Assembly: GCA_965249725.1 (NCBI GenBank)
Contig: OZ252251.1
Span: forward strand, 576,001-640,000
Length of the DNA: 64,000 nt
Source of the DNA: Longimicrobiales bacterium
Lineage (GTDB): Bacteria > Gemmatimonadota > Gemmatimonadetes > Longimicrobiales > Gaopeijiaceae
Direction of reading: 5' to 3'
Shown here: positions 1-9,184 of the stretch, piece by piece
Layout of the letters: every line of letters begins with the position of its first letter
Position numbering within the stretch: position 1 is the first letter of the stretch
Program-made: the position numbers and the translations under genes
The notes under the pieces: generated by a model
Databases searched by the model: none
What the model was told of the DNA's origin: nothing
The model's input: only the letters and a program-made list of their open reading frames with translations

Positions 1-2
1 AC

Positions 3-668
3 GTCTTCAACGGTGCGACGGTGATGATCGGGGGCTTCGGTGAGGCGGGCAGCCCGATCGAGCTCATCCATGCGCTCATCGACCAGGGGGCCACCGACCT
101 GACCGTCGTAAACAACAACACCGGCAATGGCGAGGTCGGTCTGGCCGCCCTGATCAAGACCGGGCGTGTATCGAAGATGATCTGTTCGCACCCGCGTTCC
201 ACGAACTCGACGGTGTTCCCCGACCTGTACCGAAGCGGGCATACGGCGCTGGAGCTCGTGCCGCAGGGCACGCTGGCCGAGCGGATTCGCGCCGGGGGCG
301 CCGGCATTCCGGCCTTCTACACGCCGACGGCGGTGGGCACTCCCCTGGCGGAGGGAATGGAGCGCCGCAGTTTCCATGGTCGGGACTACTTGTTGGCGCA
401 CGGTTTGACGGCCGACTTCGCTCTGATCAAGGGACGGTCGGCGGATCGTCATGGCAACGTCGTCTACAACAAGACCGCCCGGAACTTCAGTCCCCTCATG
501 GCCATGGCGGCGGCAACCACCGTTGTGCAGGCGTCCTCCGTCGTTCCGGCCGGCGAGCTCGACCCCGAGGTCGTCGTCACGCCGGGCATCTTCGTGAACC
601 GTGTGGTCGCTGTCGCCGACCCTGCGCACGAGTCCGCTCTGGTCGCTGAAGGGGTGTCGTACCCGTGA
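3..668 (+). CDS. pcaI: 3-oxoacid (3-oxoadipate-type) CoA-transferase subunit A, 5' end outside the window
   Basis: Frame is open from base 3 (VFNGATVMIGGFG). Motifs NNTG, PQGTLAERIRAGGAGIPAFYT, ARNF and VVTPGIFV are typical of CoA-transferase alpha subunits. Confidence 0.9.
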   Translation, partial: VFNGATVMIGGFGEAGSPIELIHALIDQGATDLTVVNNNTGNGEVGLAALIKTGRVSKMICSHPRSTNSTVFPDLYRSGHTALELVPQGTLAERIRAGGAGIPAFYTPTAVGTPLAEGMERRSFHGRDYLLAHGLTADFALIKGRSADRHGNVVYNKTARNFSPLMAMAAATTVVQASSVVPAGELDPEVVVTPGIFVNRVVAVADPAHESALVAEGVSYP

Positions 669-1327
669 GTGAGCGAAGCGCCCGCGTCGGTCTCACACGA
701 GATGAAATGGCGAGGCGCTGTGCTCTCGACATTCGCGACGGCTCATACGTCAATCTCGGAATCGGCATCCCCGAGGGGGTCGCCGCGCACCTGCCCGAAG
801 GCCGCGAGGTGATCTTCCACACCGAGAACGGACTGCTCGGAATGGGGCCTCCGCCCGCAGCGGGGGCGGGCGACCCCGAGTTGATCAACGCGGGCAAGCG
901 CCAAGTGACGGCAAATCCGGGGGCGGCATACTTCCACCACGCGGACAGCTTTGCCATGGTCCGCGGCGGACATCTCGACCTGTGTGTCCTCGGTGCGATG
1001 CAGGTCTCCGCGGCAGGCGACCTGGCGAACTGGTCCACGGGTGCACCCGATGCCATCCCCGCCGTGGGAGGCGCGATGGACCTCGTGGCCGGCGTGAAGA
1101 CGGTCTACGTCATCACCCAGCACACAACCCGCAGCGGTGATGCCAAGCTCGTCGAATCGTGCAGCTACCCGCTGACGGGAGCCGCCGTCGTCGACCGTAT
1201 CTACACCAACCTGGCCGTCATCGACGTTGTCGTCGAGGGCTTTCAGCTCGTCGAGCTGAGCCCCGGAGTGACCTTCGAGTACGTGCAGGAACGAACGGCG
1301 GCGGTGCTGATTCCGGCTAGGGTGTGA
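665..1327 (+). CDS. pcaJ: 3-oxoacid CoA-transferase subunit B
   Basis: YVNLGIGIP, catalytic TENG, RGGHLD, GDLANW, GGAMDL; GTGA overlap with subunit A. Confidence 0.9.
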   Translation: MSERSARVGLTRDEMARRCALDIRDGSYVNLGIGIPEGVAAHLPEGREVIFHTENGLLGMGPPPAAGAGDPELINAGKRQVTANPGAAYFHHADSFAMVRGGHLDLCVLGAMQVSAAGDLANWSTGAPDAIPAVGGAMDLVAGVKTVYVITQHTTRSGDAKLVESCSYPLTGAAVVDRIYTNLAVIDVVVEGFQLVELSPGVTFEYVQERTAAVLIPARV

Positions 1328-2744
1328 GTGACGAGAACCCCCGTAACACCGAGTCCGAGTCGTCGACGTTGGCCGTTGCGTACAGCCTCTCCCCGGAGAG
1401 TTCGTCCTTCATGAGCTTCGTGAAAACGCCGCTGAGACTGAGCATCGCCACCAGGTTCGGGATCGCTACCACCGCGACCGCGATGTTGGCAAAGACCCAG
1501 AGCCGATCCACATCGGCGACTCCGGCCACCACGATGCCCGGCAAGAAGTAGAACCAGCGTAGCATCCGAACCGGGCGCACCCCCACCAGGTTCACCAGGC
1601 AGGTCTCGAAGTAGACGTAGAATCCGATCTGGGTGGAGAGGCAGAATGTGGCGATCGAGACGGACACGATGATCGACGCCACCCCCAGCGGGAACACCTC
1701 CGCGAAGGCGGCCAGCAGCAATTCGATGCCGGACTCGCCGCCCGCCATCGCCCCTGTGGAGAGAATCGCCAGCGCCGTGATGGAGCAGATCACGATCGTG
1801 TCGAAAAAGACCTCGAAAGCACCCCATACACCCTGTTGGAACGGGTGCTCGGTCTGGGCCGTGGCATGTACCATCGGCGCGCTCCCCATGCCTGCCTCGT
1901 TGGAGAGCATGCCGCGCGCCATGCCTTGCTTTATCGCGGTGCTGACGGCGACCCCGACCGCACCTCCAGCCCCCGCGGTCGCGGAGAATGCGTGCGAGAA
2001 AATGGAGTTCAGCACGTCGGGGAGCGTCGCGAAGTTGACCGTGATCACGACCAGTCCACCCAGCAGGTACGCCACCGTCATGATCGGCACCAACCGCTCG
2101 GAGAACCGGCCGATGCGTCGGATGCCGCCCAGAACGACCAATGCCGTGATGGTCGCCATGGAGACCGCCACCACATAGGGGTTCAGGTCGTAGCTCGCCA
2201 GCAGGGCGCGGCCCACCGTGTGAGACTGCAGCATCGAGGCGGCAAATACCGCGTTGATGAGCATGCCGGCGCTGAAGAGGAGGGCGAGCGGGCGCCACCC
2301 GAGTCCCCGGCGAATGTAGTACTGGGGCCCGCCCCGTAGCTGGCCGTCCGGCCCGCGCTCCCGGTAGTAGACCCCAAGGGTGATCTCCACCGTCTTCGAC
2401 ATCATCCCGAAGAACGCTAGCACCCACATCCAGAAGATGGCACCGGGCCCACCCACGGACAGCGCCGTCGCCACACCCGCCATGTTGCCCATACCCACCG
2501 TTCCGGCCAGCGACGTCGCGGCGGCCTGAACCGGCGTCATCGCCTGATCTTCCTTGGCCGATGCGGATCCTGAGGAGGTGAGGCGTCCCAAGGTGGTCCG
2601 GAGGATGTAGCCGAGCCCTGTGATCTGGAAGAAGCCCGACCGTACCGTGAAGTAGATCGCGACTCCCGCCAGGAAGCCCATGGTCCAAGGACCCCAGAGG
2701 AAGGAGTCGATGACGGCGAGGGTTTCTAGAAAGGAGTCGAGCAT
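1317..2744 (-). CDS. Alanine/glycine:cation symporter (AGCS) family amino-acid carrier
   Basis: LAGTVGMGNMAGVA, GGPGAIFWMW, GGPQYY, SNEAGMGSAP, EVFFDTIVICS; many hydrophobic helices. Confidence 0.92.
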   Translation of the reverse strand: MLDSFLETLAVIDSFLWGPWTMGFLAGVAIYFTVRSGFFQITGLGYILRTTLGRLTSSGSASAKEDQAMTPVQAAATSLAGTVGMGNMAGVATALSVGGPGAIFWMWVLAFFGMMSKTVEITLGVYYRERGPDGQLRGGPQYYIRRGLGWRPLALLFSAGMLINAVFAASMLQSHTVGRALLASYDLNPYVVAVSMATITALVVLGGIRRIGRFSERLVPIMTVAYLLGGLVVITVNFATLPDVLNSIFSHAFSATAGAGGAVGVAVSTAIKQGMARGMLSNEAGMGSAPMVHATAQTEHPFQQGVWGAFEVFFDTIVICSITALAILSTGAMAGGESGIELLLAAFAEVFPLGVASIIVSVSIATFCLSTQIGFYVYFETCLVNLVGVRPVRMLRWFYFLPGIVVAGVADVDRLWVFANIAVAVVAIPNLVAMLSLSGVFTKLMKDELSGERLYATANVDDSDSVLRGFSSLTP

Positions 2745-2908
2745 ACTGCCTCGCTGAGGAGCTATTGCGGCCGACCCAATCCTACGGGCAGGCTTGCCGA
2801 TAGTAAAAGACAGAGTCCGAGAGTGCTCGCGTTTTGGGTCTTGTCCGGGCGGACGGCTCGGCCGAGCATTCGTCTTCGCGGATGGTGTCCACGTGCCCCG
2901 GAGTCACC

Positions 2909-2956
2909 ATGATCTTCGACCACCCCGAATTCGACGACCACGAGCGTGTCCACTAG
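2909..2956 (+). pseudogene. 15-codon remnant resembling the N-terminus of a Glu/Leu/Phe/Val (leucine) dehydrogenase
   Basis: GGAG-preceded ATG at 2909 gives MIFDHPEFDDHERVH then TAG. This resembles the FDHPxFDxHExV start of leucine dehydrogenases. Confidence 0.55.
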
Positions 2957-2979
2957 AGGACAAGCCGGATGGACCGTCG

Positions 2980-3156
2980 ATCGGCTCATGGCTCTCGGAT
3001 GCGCCGACCGCGCTCAGTGCCGACGCCCTGGTCTTCGACTACGTTGGGTTCCCCGCCGCGATGCTGGACGAGGTAACCGCTGAGATCGACACTCCGGTGT
3101 TCGATCTGGGGCACCTCACGCTGGACTTCCTCGAAAGAAAACTGCAGACGCTATGA
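2980..3156 (+). pseudogene. C-terminal fragment of an AroM-like / Asp-Glu racemase-superfamily protein
   Basis: ADALVFDYVGFPAAMLDEVTAEIDTPVFDLGHL resembles the AroM C-terminus. No credible start or N-terminal domain is present, and it stops 10 bp before the amidohydrolase. The 5' boundary is approximate. Confidence 0.45.
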
Positions 3157-3166
3157 GGCAGGATTA

Positions 3167-4564
3167 GTGAGTGACGGCGAATTGCACGGTGACGTTCCTG
3201 CGGGAACCTACGATCTCGTCGTCCACGGCAACGTCGCCCTTCCGGACGGCGGAGTGCTCGAAGGTGGGTGGCTCGGGATTGCGGCTGGGCAGATCGCGGT
3301 GGTCTCCGAGACGCCTCTCAACGGCGCCGAAGCCGTCGAGGCCGCGGGTCACCTGGTCCTCCCGGGCTTTGTAGACGCACACGTCCACACGCGGTCCTGC
3401 GTGGACGAGGGAGTCACGGCCACTACACGGGCCGCAGCAGCGGGCGGGACCACCACCATCATCGACATGCCGTTCGACAAGCCCGACCGACCGGTGAACT
3501 CTCTGGATCGGTTCGATGCGAAGGTGGCGGACGTCGGCACCGAGGCACTCGTCGACGTCGCTCTCTATGCCACGTTTCCCCCCGAGGGTGATCTGGGCAT
3601 GATCGCGGAGTTGGCCGGGGCGGGTGCGGCGGGGTTCAAGGTCTCCACGATCGAGGTGGACCCGATTCGTTTCCCGCGCATACCGGACGGCCGCCTGTAC
3701 GAGGCCTTCCAGGAGATCGCCGCTACCGGTCGCCCCGTCGCTGCCCACCAGGAGAACCAGGAGATCGTTTTCGCCCAGGCCGAGGCGTTTCAAGCCCGAG
3801 GCGACACGGCGCCCATCGATCATGCGCTGAGCCGCCCCCCCGTCGCAGAGGCGGAGGCCGCGGGCCGCCTGCTCGAGTTGGCGTATTGGACCGGCGCGCA
3901 CCTCCACATGGTTCACGGCACGCTGCCCCGCACCTTCGACCTCATTCACTTCAATCGATCGAAGGGGGTGCGGGCCACGGGTGAGACCTGCCTCCAATAC
4001 CTGCTTCTCACCATGAACGCTCTGAAAGAGCAGGGAGGTCGGGCCAAGTGTAATCCACCGCTCCGCTCACAGGAGGATGTAGATGGCCTCTGGGAGCAGG
4101 TGCAGGACGGAACGGTGGACATCGTCACGTCGGACCACTCACCGTATCCGCTGCACCGGAAGGAGACCGAGGACATCTTCGAGGCGTACGCCGGGATGCC
4201 GGGGGCAGAGACGTTGGGCACTCTCCTGTACAGCGAGGGCGTTGCGACCGGCCGCATCGGCCTGGGCCGTTTCCTGGAGTTGGTGGCTTCCGGTCCGGCT
4301 CGAGTGTTCGGGCTCGAGCGGAAGGGGCGACTGGAGGCGGGCGCCGATGCGGACTTCGTCGTCTTCGATCCCGACGCGGAGTGGACTCTGGACGAGAGCG
4401 AGATGCACTACGCGGTGGGGTGGAGTCCCTACCAGGGTCGTCCGGTGCGCGGGCGGGTGGCCTCGACCTGGCTTCGGGGCCGATGCGTCTACGAGCAGGG
4501 ACAGGTCCGTGCAGAGCCCGGAAGCGGCCGGTTCGTGGCCGCAGTGCCTGACACGACCACCTAA
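3167..4564 (+). CDS. Cyclic amidohydrolase (allantoinase/dihydroorotase family)
   Basis: PGFVDAHVH, AAAAGGTTTIIDMP, carboxylated Lys (GFKVS), HQE, HMVH, KCNPPLR, SDHSP, GADADFVVFDP. Confidence 0.9.
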   Translation: MSDGELHGDVPAGTYDLVVHGNVALPDGGVLEGGWLGIAAGQIAVVSETPLNGAEAVEAAGHLVLPGFVDAHVHTRSCVDEGVTATTRAAAAGGTTTIIDMPFDKPDRPVNSLDRFDAKVADVGTEALVDVALYATFPPEGDLGMIAELAGAGAAGFKVSTIEVDPIRFPRIPDGRLYEAFQEIAATGRPVAAHQENQEIVFAQAEAFQARGDTAPIDHALSRPPVAEAEAAGRLLELAYWTGAHLHMVHGTLPRTFDLIHFNRSKGVRATGETCLQYLLLTMNALKEQGGRAKCNPPLRSQEDVDGLWEQVQDGTVDIVTSDHSPYPLHRKETEDIFEAYAGMPGAETLGTLLYSEGVATGRIGLGRFLELVASGPARVFGLERKGRLEAGADADFVVFDPDAEWTLDESEMHYAVGWSPYQGRPVRGRVASTWLRGRCVYEQGQVRAEPGSGRFVAAVPDTTT

Positions 4565-4569
4565 ACACG

Positions 4570-5502
4570 ATGAGCCTCATGCAGCTTCAAGGTGTTCTTC
4601 CCATCCTCCCCACCCCCTTTACGGACCAAGGAGTCGTAGACGAGGGCAGCCTCCGGCGTGTCATCGACTACGAGCTGGCAGTCGGTGCGCACGGTGTCAG
4701 CGTTCTCGGATTCATGGGCGAGGCACACCGGTTGTCCAACGCGGAGCGGAAGCAGGTCGTGCTGACCGCGGTGGACCAGGCGGCCGGAGCCTTCCCGACG
4801 TGGGTGGGGGTCTTGGCGTTCGGAGCCGCGGGGGCCATCGAGCAGGGCCGTGAGGCGCAGGAGCTCGGCGCAAAGGGCGTGTTCGTCGCCCCGATCGGGG
4901 TCCAGAACGACCAGGTGATCTTCGACTACTACGCCTCGGTCGCCGAGGCCCTTGATATCCCGGTCGCGATCCACGACTTCCCGGAGTCGTTCCGGACCAT
5001 CCTGTCGCCGGAGTTGATCGCCCGCATGGCGAACGAGATCGACGGGGTCAGCTACATCAAGTTGGAGGACTATCCGCCCCTCGCGAAGATGAGCCGTGTG
5101 CAGAAGCTGGCGCCCGACACCATGGGGATCTTCGGAGGCCTGGGCGGCGTGTACTTCCTCGAGGAGCTCCAGCGCGGATCCAGGGGAGTCATGACCGGGT
5201 TCGCGTTCCCCGAGGTGCTCGTCGCTGTGTACGAGGCCTTCAGGGCGGGGGACCAGCCGAGGGCAGCGGCAATCTTCGACCGCTATGTGACGTTGATACG
5301 GTACGAGTTCCAGCCGAAGATCGGCCTCGGCTACCGGAAGTTCACGTTCCAGAAGCGTGGCATCATCGACTCGAGCTTCATCCGCCCCCCGGGCCTGCAG
5401 ATCGACGACTACACGCGCGCCGAGCTCATGGCCGTCATCGACCGAGTAGGATTCGACCTCGACCGGCGTGGACCTCAGCCGATCGAGTTCACCACAGACT
5501 GA
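4570..5502 (+). CDS. Dihydrodipicolinate synthase-like class I aldolase/lyase
   Basis: GVLPILPTPF, LGFMGE (variant of GTTGE), Schiff-base Lys in YIKLED, GVMTGF. Confidence 0.88.
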   Translation: MSLMQLQGVLPILPTPFTDQGVVDEGSLRRVIDYELAVGAHGVSVLGFMGEAHRLSNAERKQVVLTAVDQAAGAFPTWVGVLAFGAAGAIEQGREAQELGAKGVFVAPIGVQNDQVIFDYYASVAEALDIPVAIHDFPESFRTILSPELIARMANEIDGVSYIKLEDYPPLAKMSRVQKLAPDTMGIFGGLGGVYFLEELQRGSRGVMTGFAFPEVLVAVYEAFRAGDQPRAAAIFDRYVTLIRYEFQPKIGLGYRKFTFQKRGIIDSSFIRPPGLQIDDYTRAELMAVIDRVGFDLDRRGPQPIEFTTD

Positions 5503-5681
5503 GCAAGCTGCCTGAGAGGTACGCTCCAGGGCGAGATGCTGGACACACTTTCGGGGGAGTGGGAGCGCATCCGAGGAAGCGTGGGAGGCGACTGAGCGGT
5601 CTCCTTGCGACACCTGGCATCCTGGGCCAGGATCAGTCCAGACGGGCCGCCCAGAACGGTCCGAAGCCACCTGGAGCAACC

Positions 5682-7373
5682 ATGAGCAAAGATCCCTTTC
5701 GCGAGCTTCTACGGAGTCGGGGCGTCCTATACCCCGTGAACCACCCGCTGAGTCTCCCACTTCCACCCGGCCTCGGAGGGATCGGTCGCAGGGAGTTCGT
5801 CAAGATCGCCGGCGTTGCCGGTGCGGCGCTGGCCGTTGGAGGCGGGAGCTTCGGTTGCGAGCCGGGGGCACGTGTCACTGGAAGTGGACCGGCCCCTGAT
5901 CCCGCCGAGCGCGACCTGGCTCTCCTCGCCCTCGATGAGGCTCAGTCCGCAGGTGCCAGCTACGTGGACGTGCGCATCTCCCGACACTGGAACGAGTCGG
6001 TGAGTACACGTGAGCAGCAGATCACGAACGTCAGCAAGAGAGACTCGTACGGTATCGGCGTGCGCGCTCTCGTCGGAGGGTCCTGGGGATTCTCGGCCAC
6101 CCGAGACGTGAGTCGCAATGCTGTTGTGGCGGCGGCCCGTGAGGCGGCAGCGATCGCTGCCGCGAACAACCGCTTCGCCCCGAGCGAGACGGTTCTCGCC
6201 CCGGTGGACGCGGTGCCGGACGGGCGTTGGGTTACGCCGCACGAGATCGACCCGTTCGATGTCTCCGTCGAGGAGAAGGCGGCGCTCCTTTTCGAAGCGA
6301 ACGAAGAGGCGATGAGGGTCGCTGGCGTCCAGTTCGTGTCGTCCAACATCGGCTCGGTGAAGGAGAGTCGTCTGGTGGCCACGAGCGAGGGCTCGGTGAT
6401 CCAACAGACGTTCATCCGGATGAACCCGAGCATGAACATCACGGCGGTATCGTCGGATCGTTCGGATTTCCAGAGCCGTGGGGCCATCGCAGAGCCTGCA
6501 GGTCGAGGCTGGGAGTACGTCACAGGACTCGACTTTCCCGGGAACGCGCCTCGCTGGGCCGAGGAGGCGGTGATGAAGCTGACCGCCACACCGGTGGATC
6601 CCGGGACCTGGGATCTGGTGCTCGACCCGTCGAATCTGTGGCTCACCATCCACGAGAACATTGCCCACCCCACGGAGTTAGATCGCACGTTGGGGTACGA
6701 GGCGAACTATGCCGGCACGTCGTTCATCTTCCCGCCTGAGGAGATGCTCAACAATCTGCGTCTCGGCCCCGACTTCATGACCTTCATGGGCAACCGCACC
6801 GAAATCGGCGGATGCGCTACCGTCGGGTGGGACGACGAGGGCGTGGCGGCCACGGAATGGCCCATCATCGAGGACGGCATCTTCGTCAACTATCAGACCA
6901 CCCGTGAGCAGGCGGCCTGGATTTCAGAATACACGGGAATCACCGAGAGCCTCGGCGGAGCCTACGGCATGAATTGGGCGAGCATCCCCTTCCAGCGCAT
7001 GCCCAACGTAAGCTTGATGCCGGGCGAGGACGATCTCAGCCACGACGACGTCATCGCCGCCACGGACCGCGGCATCATGGTGGAGGGGCGCGGATCGTAT
7101 TCCATCGACCAGCAGCGCTACAACTTCCAGTTCGCGGGGCAGGTGTTCTGGGAGATCCGAGACGGCAAGAAGTACCGCATGCTGCGCGACGTGGCCTACC
7201 AGGGCCGCACCCCGGAGTTCTGGAACTCCCTCGATGTGATCGGGGGGCCGAGCACCTACTACCTGGGGGCCTCCTTCGGTGATGCGAAGGGCCAGCCCGG
7301 CCAATCCAACGCCGTATCCCACGGCTGCCCGACGGTCCTGTTCCGTGACGTGAATATTCTCAACACGGCCTGA
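5682..7373 (+). CDS. tldD: TldD metalloprotease subunit with a Tat/lipoprotein-like signal
   Basis: GIGVRALVGGSWGF, HENIAH (HExxxH), DDEGV, RMPN, C-terminal SHGCP. N-terminal GRREFVK followed by SFGC. ATG at 5682 follows GGAG. Confidence 0.9.
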   Translation: MSKDPFRELLRSRGVLYPVNHPLSLPLPPGLGGIGRREFVKIAGVAGAALAVGGGSFGCEPGARVTGSGPAPDPAERDLALLALDEAQSAGASYVDVRISRHWNESVSTREQQITNVSKRDSYGIGVRALVGGSWGFSATRDVSRNAVVAAAREAAAIAAANNRFAPSETVLAPVDAVPDGRWVTPHEIDPFDVSVEEKAALLFEANEEAMRVAGVQFVSSNIGSVKESRLVATSEGSVIQQTFIRMNPSMNITAVSSDRSDFQSRGAIAEPAGRGWEYVTGLDFPGNAPRWAEEAVMKLTATPVDPGTWDLVLDPSNLWLTIHENIAHPTELDRTLGYEANYAGTSFIFPPEEMLNNLRLGPDFMTFMGNRTEIGGCATVGWDDEGVAATEWPIIEDGIFVNYQTTREQAAWISEYTGITESLGGAYGMNWASIPFQRMPNVSLMPGEDDLSHDDVIAATDRGIMVEGRGSYSIDQQRYNFQFAGQVFWEIRDGKKYRMLRDVAYQGRTPEFWNSLDVIGGPSTYYLGASFGDAKGQPGQSNAVSHGCPTVLFRDVNILNTA

Positions 7374-7378
7374 CGACG

Positions 7379-8761
7379 ATGAGCACTAACGGATTCGCAA
7401 CCGCACAAGCGCCGGCGCAGCGCGGGCTCTCCACCGAAGACGCGCGTGAGCTCTGTAACCTCGTGCTCGGCTTCGCCCAGGCCGACCATACCCGAGTGAA
7501 CGTCAACTCGGGGTGGCGAGGCTTCACGCGCACGGCCACGAACAAGATCACCACGGCCGGCGGCAGCACGGATACCACGGTCCACATCACTTCTGTCTTC
7601 GGAAAGCGGGTCGCCCGGGTCACCACCAACAACCTGGACCCGGCCGGACTTGAACAGGCCGTGAGGGACGCGGAGGAGCTCGCACGCTTGTCGCCTGAGG
7701 ACCCCGACTACCTTCCGGAGCTCGGGCCGCAGGAGTACGAGACGGTGAACGGCTACTACGCGAGCACCGGTGACTTGCCGCCCGAGGCCCGGGCGCGGTC
7801 TATGTCGATGGCCTTGAGAGAAGCCACGGGTTCGGACACGATCGCAGCGGGATACATGGACGCGAGGGCGGGGACGACCACGGTCGCCACATCCAACGGC
7901 CTGTTCGCCCACCACCCGTCCACTGGGGTAGCGTCGACGCTGACCGTGAGGACGCCCGACGGCCAGTCATCCGGTTGGGCAGGGGACGAGGCGGCAGACT
8001 GGGGTCGAATCGAGTCGGAACGGATCTCGACGGTCGCGGTTCGGAAGTGCTTGGCTTGGCGCGGCAAGACCGCCCTCGACCCCGGGGAGTATGACGTCGT
8101 GTTGGAGCCGACCGCGGTCGGGATGCTGATGCGCAACATGCGTAACGCCTTCAACGCGCGCACGGCGGACGAGGGTCGATCGTACTTCTCGAAACAAGGT
8201 GGCGGCACGAAGGTCGGCGAGCGCGTGTTCGATCCCAAGATCACGATCCGGAGTGATCCGGCCGAACCGGACGCCGAGACGGCCCCGTTCACAGCAGACG
8301 GCTCCCCGGTGCACCCCGAGGTCTGGGTCGAATCGGGTGTCCTACGGTCACTGGCCTACAGTCGTTCGTGGGCCGACCGGCAAGGTAGAGAGCCCAAGCC
8401 CACACCTTCGAACCTGATCATGTCGGGCGGTGACGCCACGGTCGAGGAGATGATCGCGTCGATCCGGCGGGGTGTTCTGATCACACGCTTCTGGTACATC
8501 CGCGGGCTCAATCCCAGGACGATCTCCTACACGGGACTCACGCGCGACGGGACGTTCCTTATCGAGAACGGCCAGATCAGCCGGCCGGTCAACAACTTCC
8601 GGTTCAACCAGTCGATGGTGTCGTTGCTTCAGAACGTCGAGATGCTCGGTCGGCCCACACGCGTGGCGGCGGGGGAGAACAGTTCGGTGTCTGCGCCGAT
8701 CGTGGTACCGGCGCTCAAGGTGAGGGGCTTCAACCTCGCGAGTGTCAGCGACGCGATCTAG
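7379..8761 (+). CDS. TldE/PmbA-like partner subunit
   Basis: PGEYDVVLEP, TGLTRDG, NNFRFNQS; no HExxxH; 5 bp downstream of tldD. Confidence 0.85.
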   Translation: MSTNGFATAQAPAQRGLSTEDARELCNLVLGFAQADHTRVNVNSGWRGFTRTATNKITTAGGSTDTTVHITSVFGKRVARVTTNNLDPAGLEQAVRDAEELARLSPEDPDYLPELGPQEYETVNGYYASTGDLPPEARARSMSMALREATGSDTIAAGYMDARAGTTTVATSNGLFAHHPSTGVASTLTVRTPDGQSSGWAGDEAADWGRIESERISTVAVRKCLAWRGKTALDPGEYDVVLEPTAVGMLMRNMRNAFNARTADEGRSYFSKQGGGTKVGERVFDPKITIRSDPAEPDAETAPFTADGSPVHPEVWVESGVLRSLAYSRSWADRQGREPKPTPSNLIMSGGDATVEEMIASIRRGVLITRFWYIRGLNPRTISYTGLTRDGTFLIENGQISRPVNNFRFNQSMVSLLQNVEMLGRPTRVAAGENSSVSAPIVVPALKVRGFNLASVSDAI

Positions 8762-8831
8762 TGTGATAGACCGCGCTGGGAAGCGTATAGAGGAACGAGC
8801 AACACGGATTACCCCGTACCTGAGAACATAG

Positions 8832-9176
8832 ATGATGAGACTCTTTCTGATCGCAGCAGCGCTCGTGACGGCCGTGACGCCGGCCCAGGGCCAGGACATG
8901 TCCACCATGTCGGCCTCAGCATTCATGAGCGCGGACGTGGCGAAGCAATACGCCGTCATCGGTTACGTCATCGGCCGCTATGAGCTGGCGACGGACACCG
9001 AGGGGAAGGCTCTGGCAGAGTGCATCCAGGATTGGCTGGCGCGTCCGTCCGATGACGGGCTCTGGAGCCTGACCGAGTTCATGCACGCCGCCGCGACGCT
9101 CGCCGCCTTCGGAACGGAGAGCACGATGCCCATGGGAGAGGTGTTCGACCGGGCCCTACGGGCCGAGTGCGAGTGA
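8832..9176 (+). CDS. Small secreted hypothetical protein
   Basis: Signal peptide MMRLFLIAAALVTAVTPAQG; two Cys residues. Confidence 0.6.
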   Translation: MMRLFLIAAALVTAVTPAQGQDMSTMSASAFMSADVAKQYAVIGYVIGRYELATDTEGKALAECIQDWLARPSDDGLWSLTEFMHAAATLAAFGTESTMPMGEVFDRALRAECE

Positions 9177-9184
9177 ACTATGTG

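Noticed and set aside
1317..1327. 11-bp convergent overlap of pcaJ and the AGCS gene
   Set aside because: Short tail-to-tail overlaps are common in GC-rich genomes.
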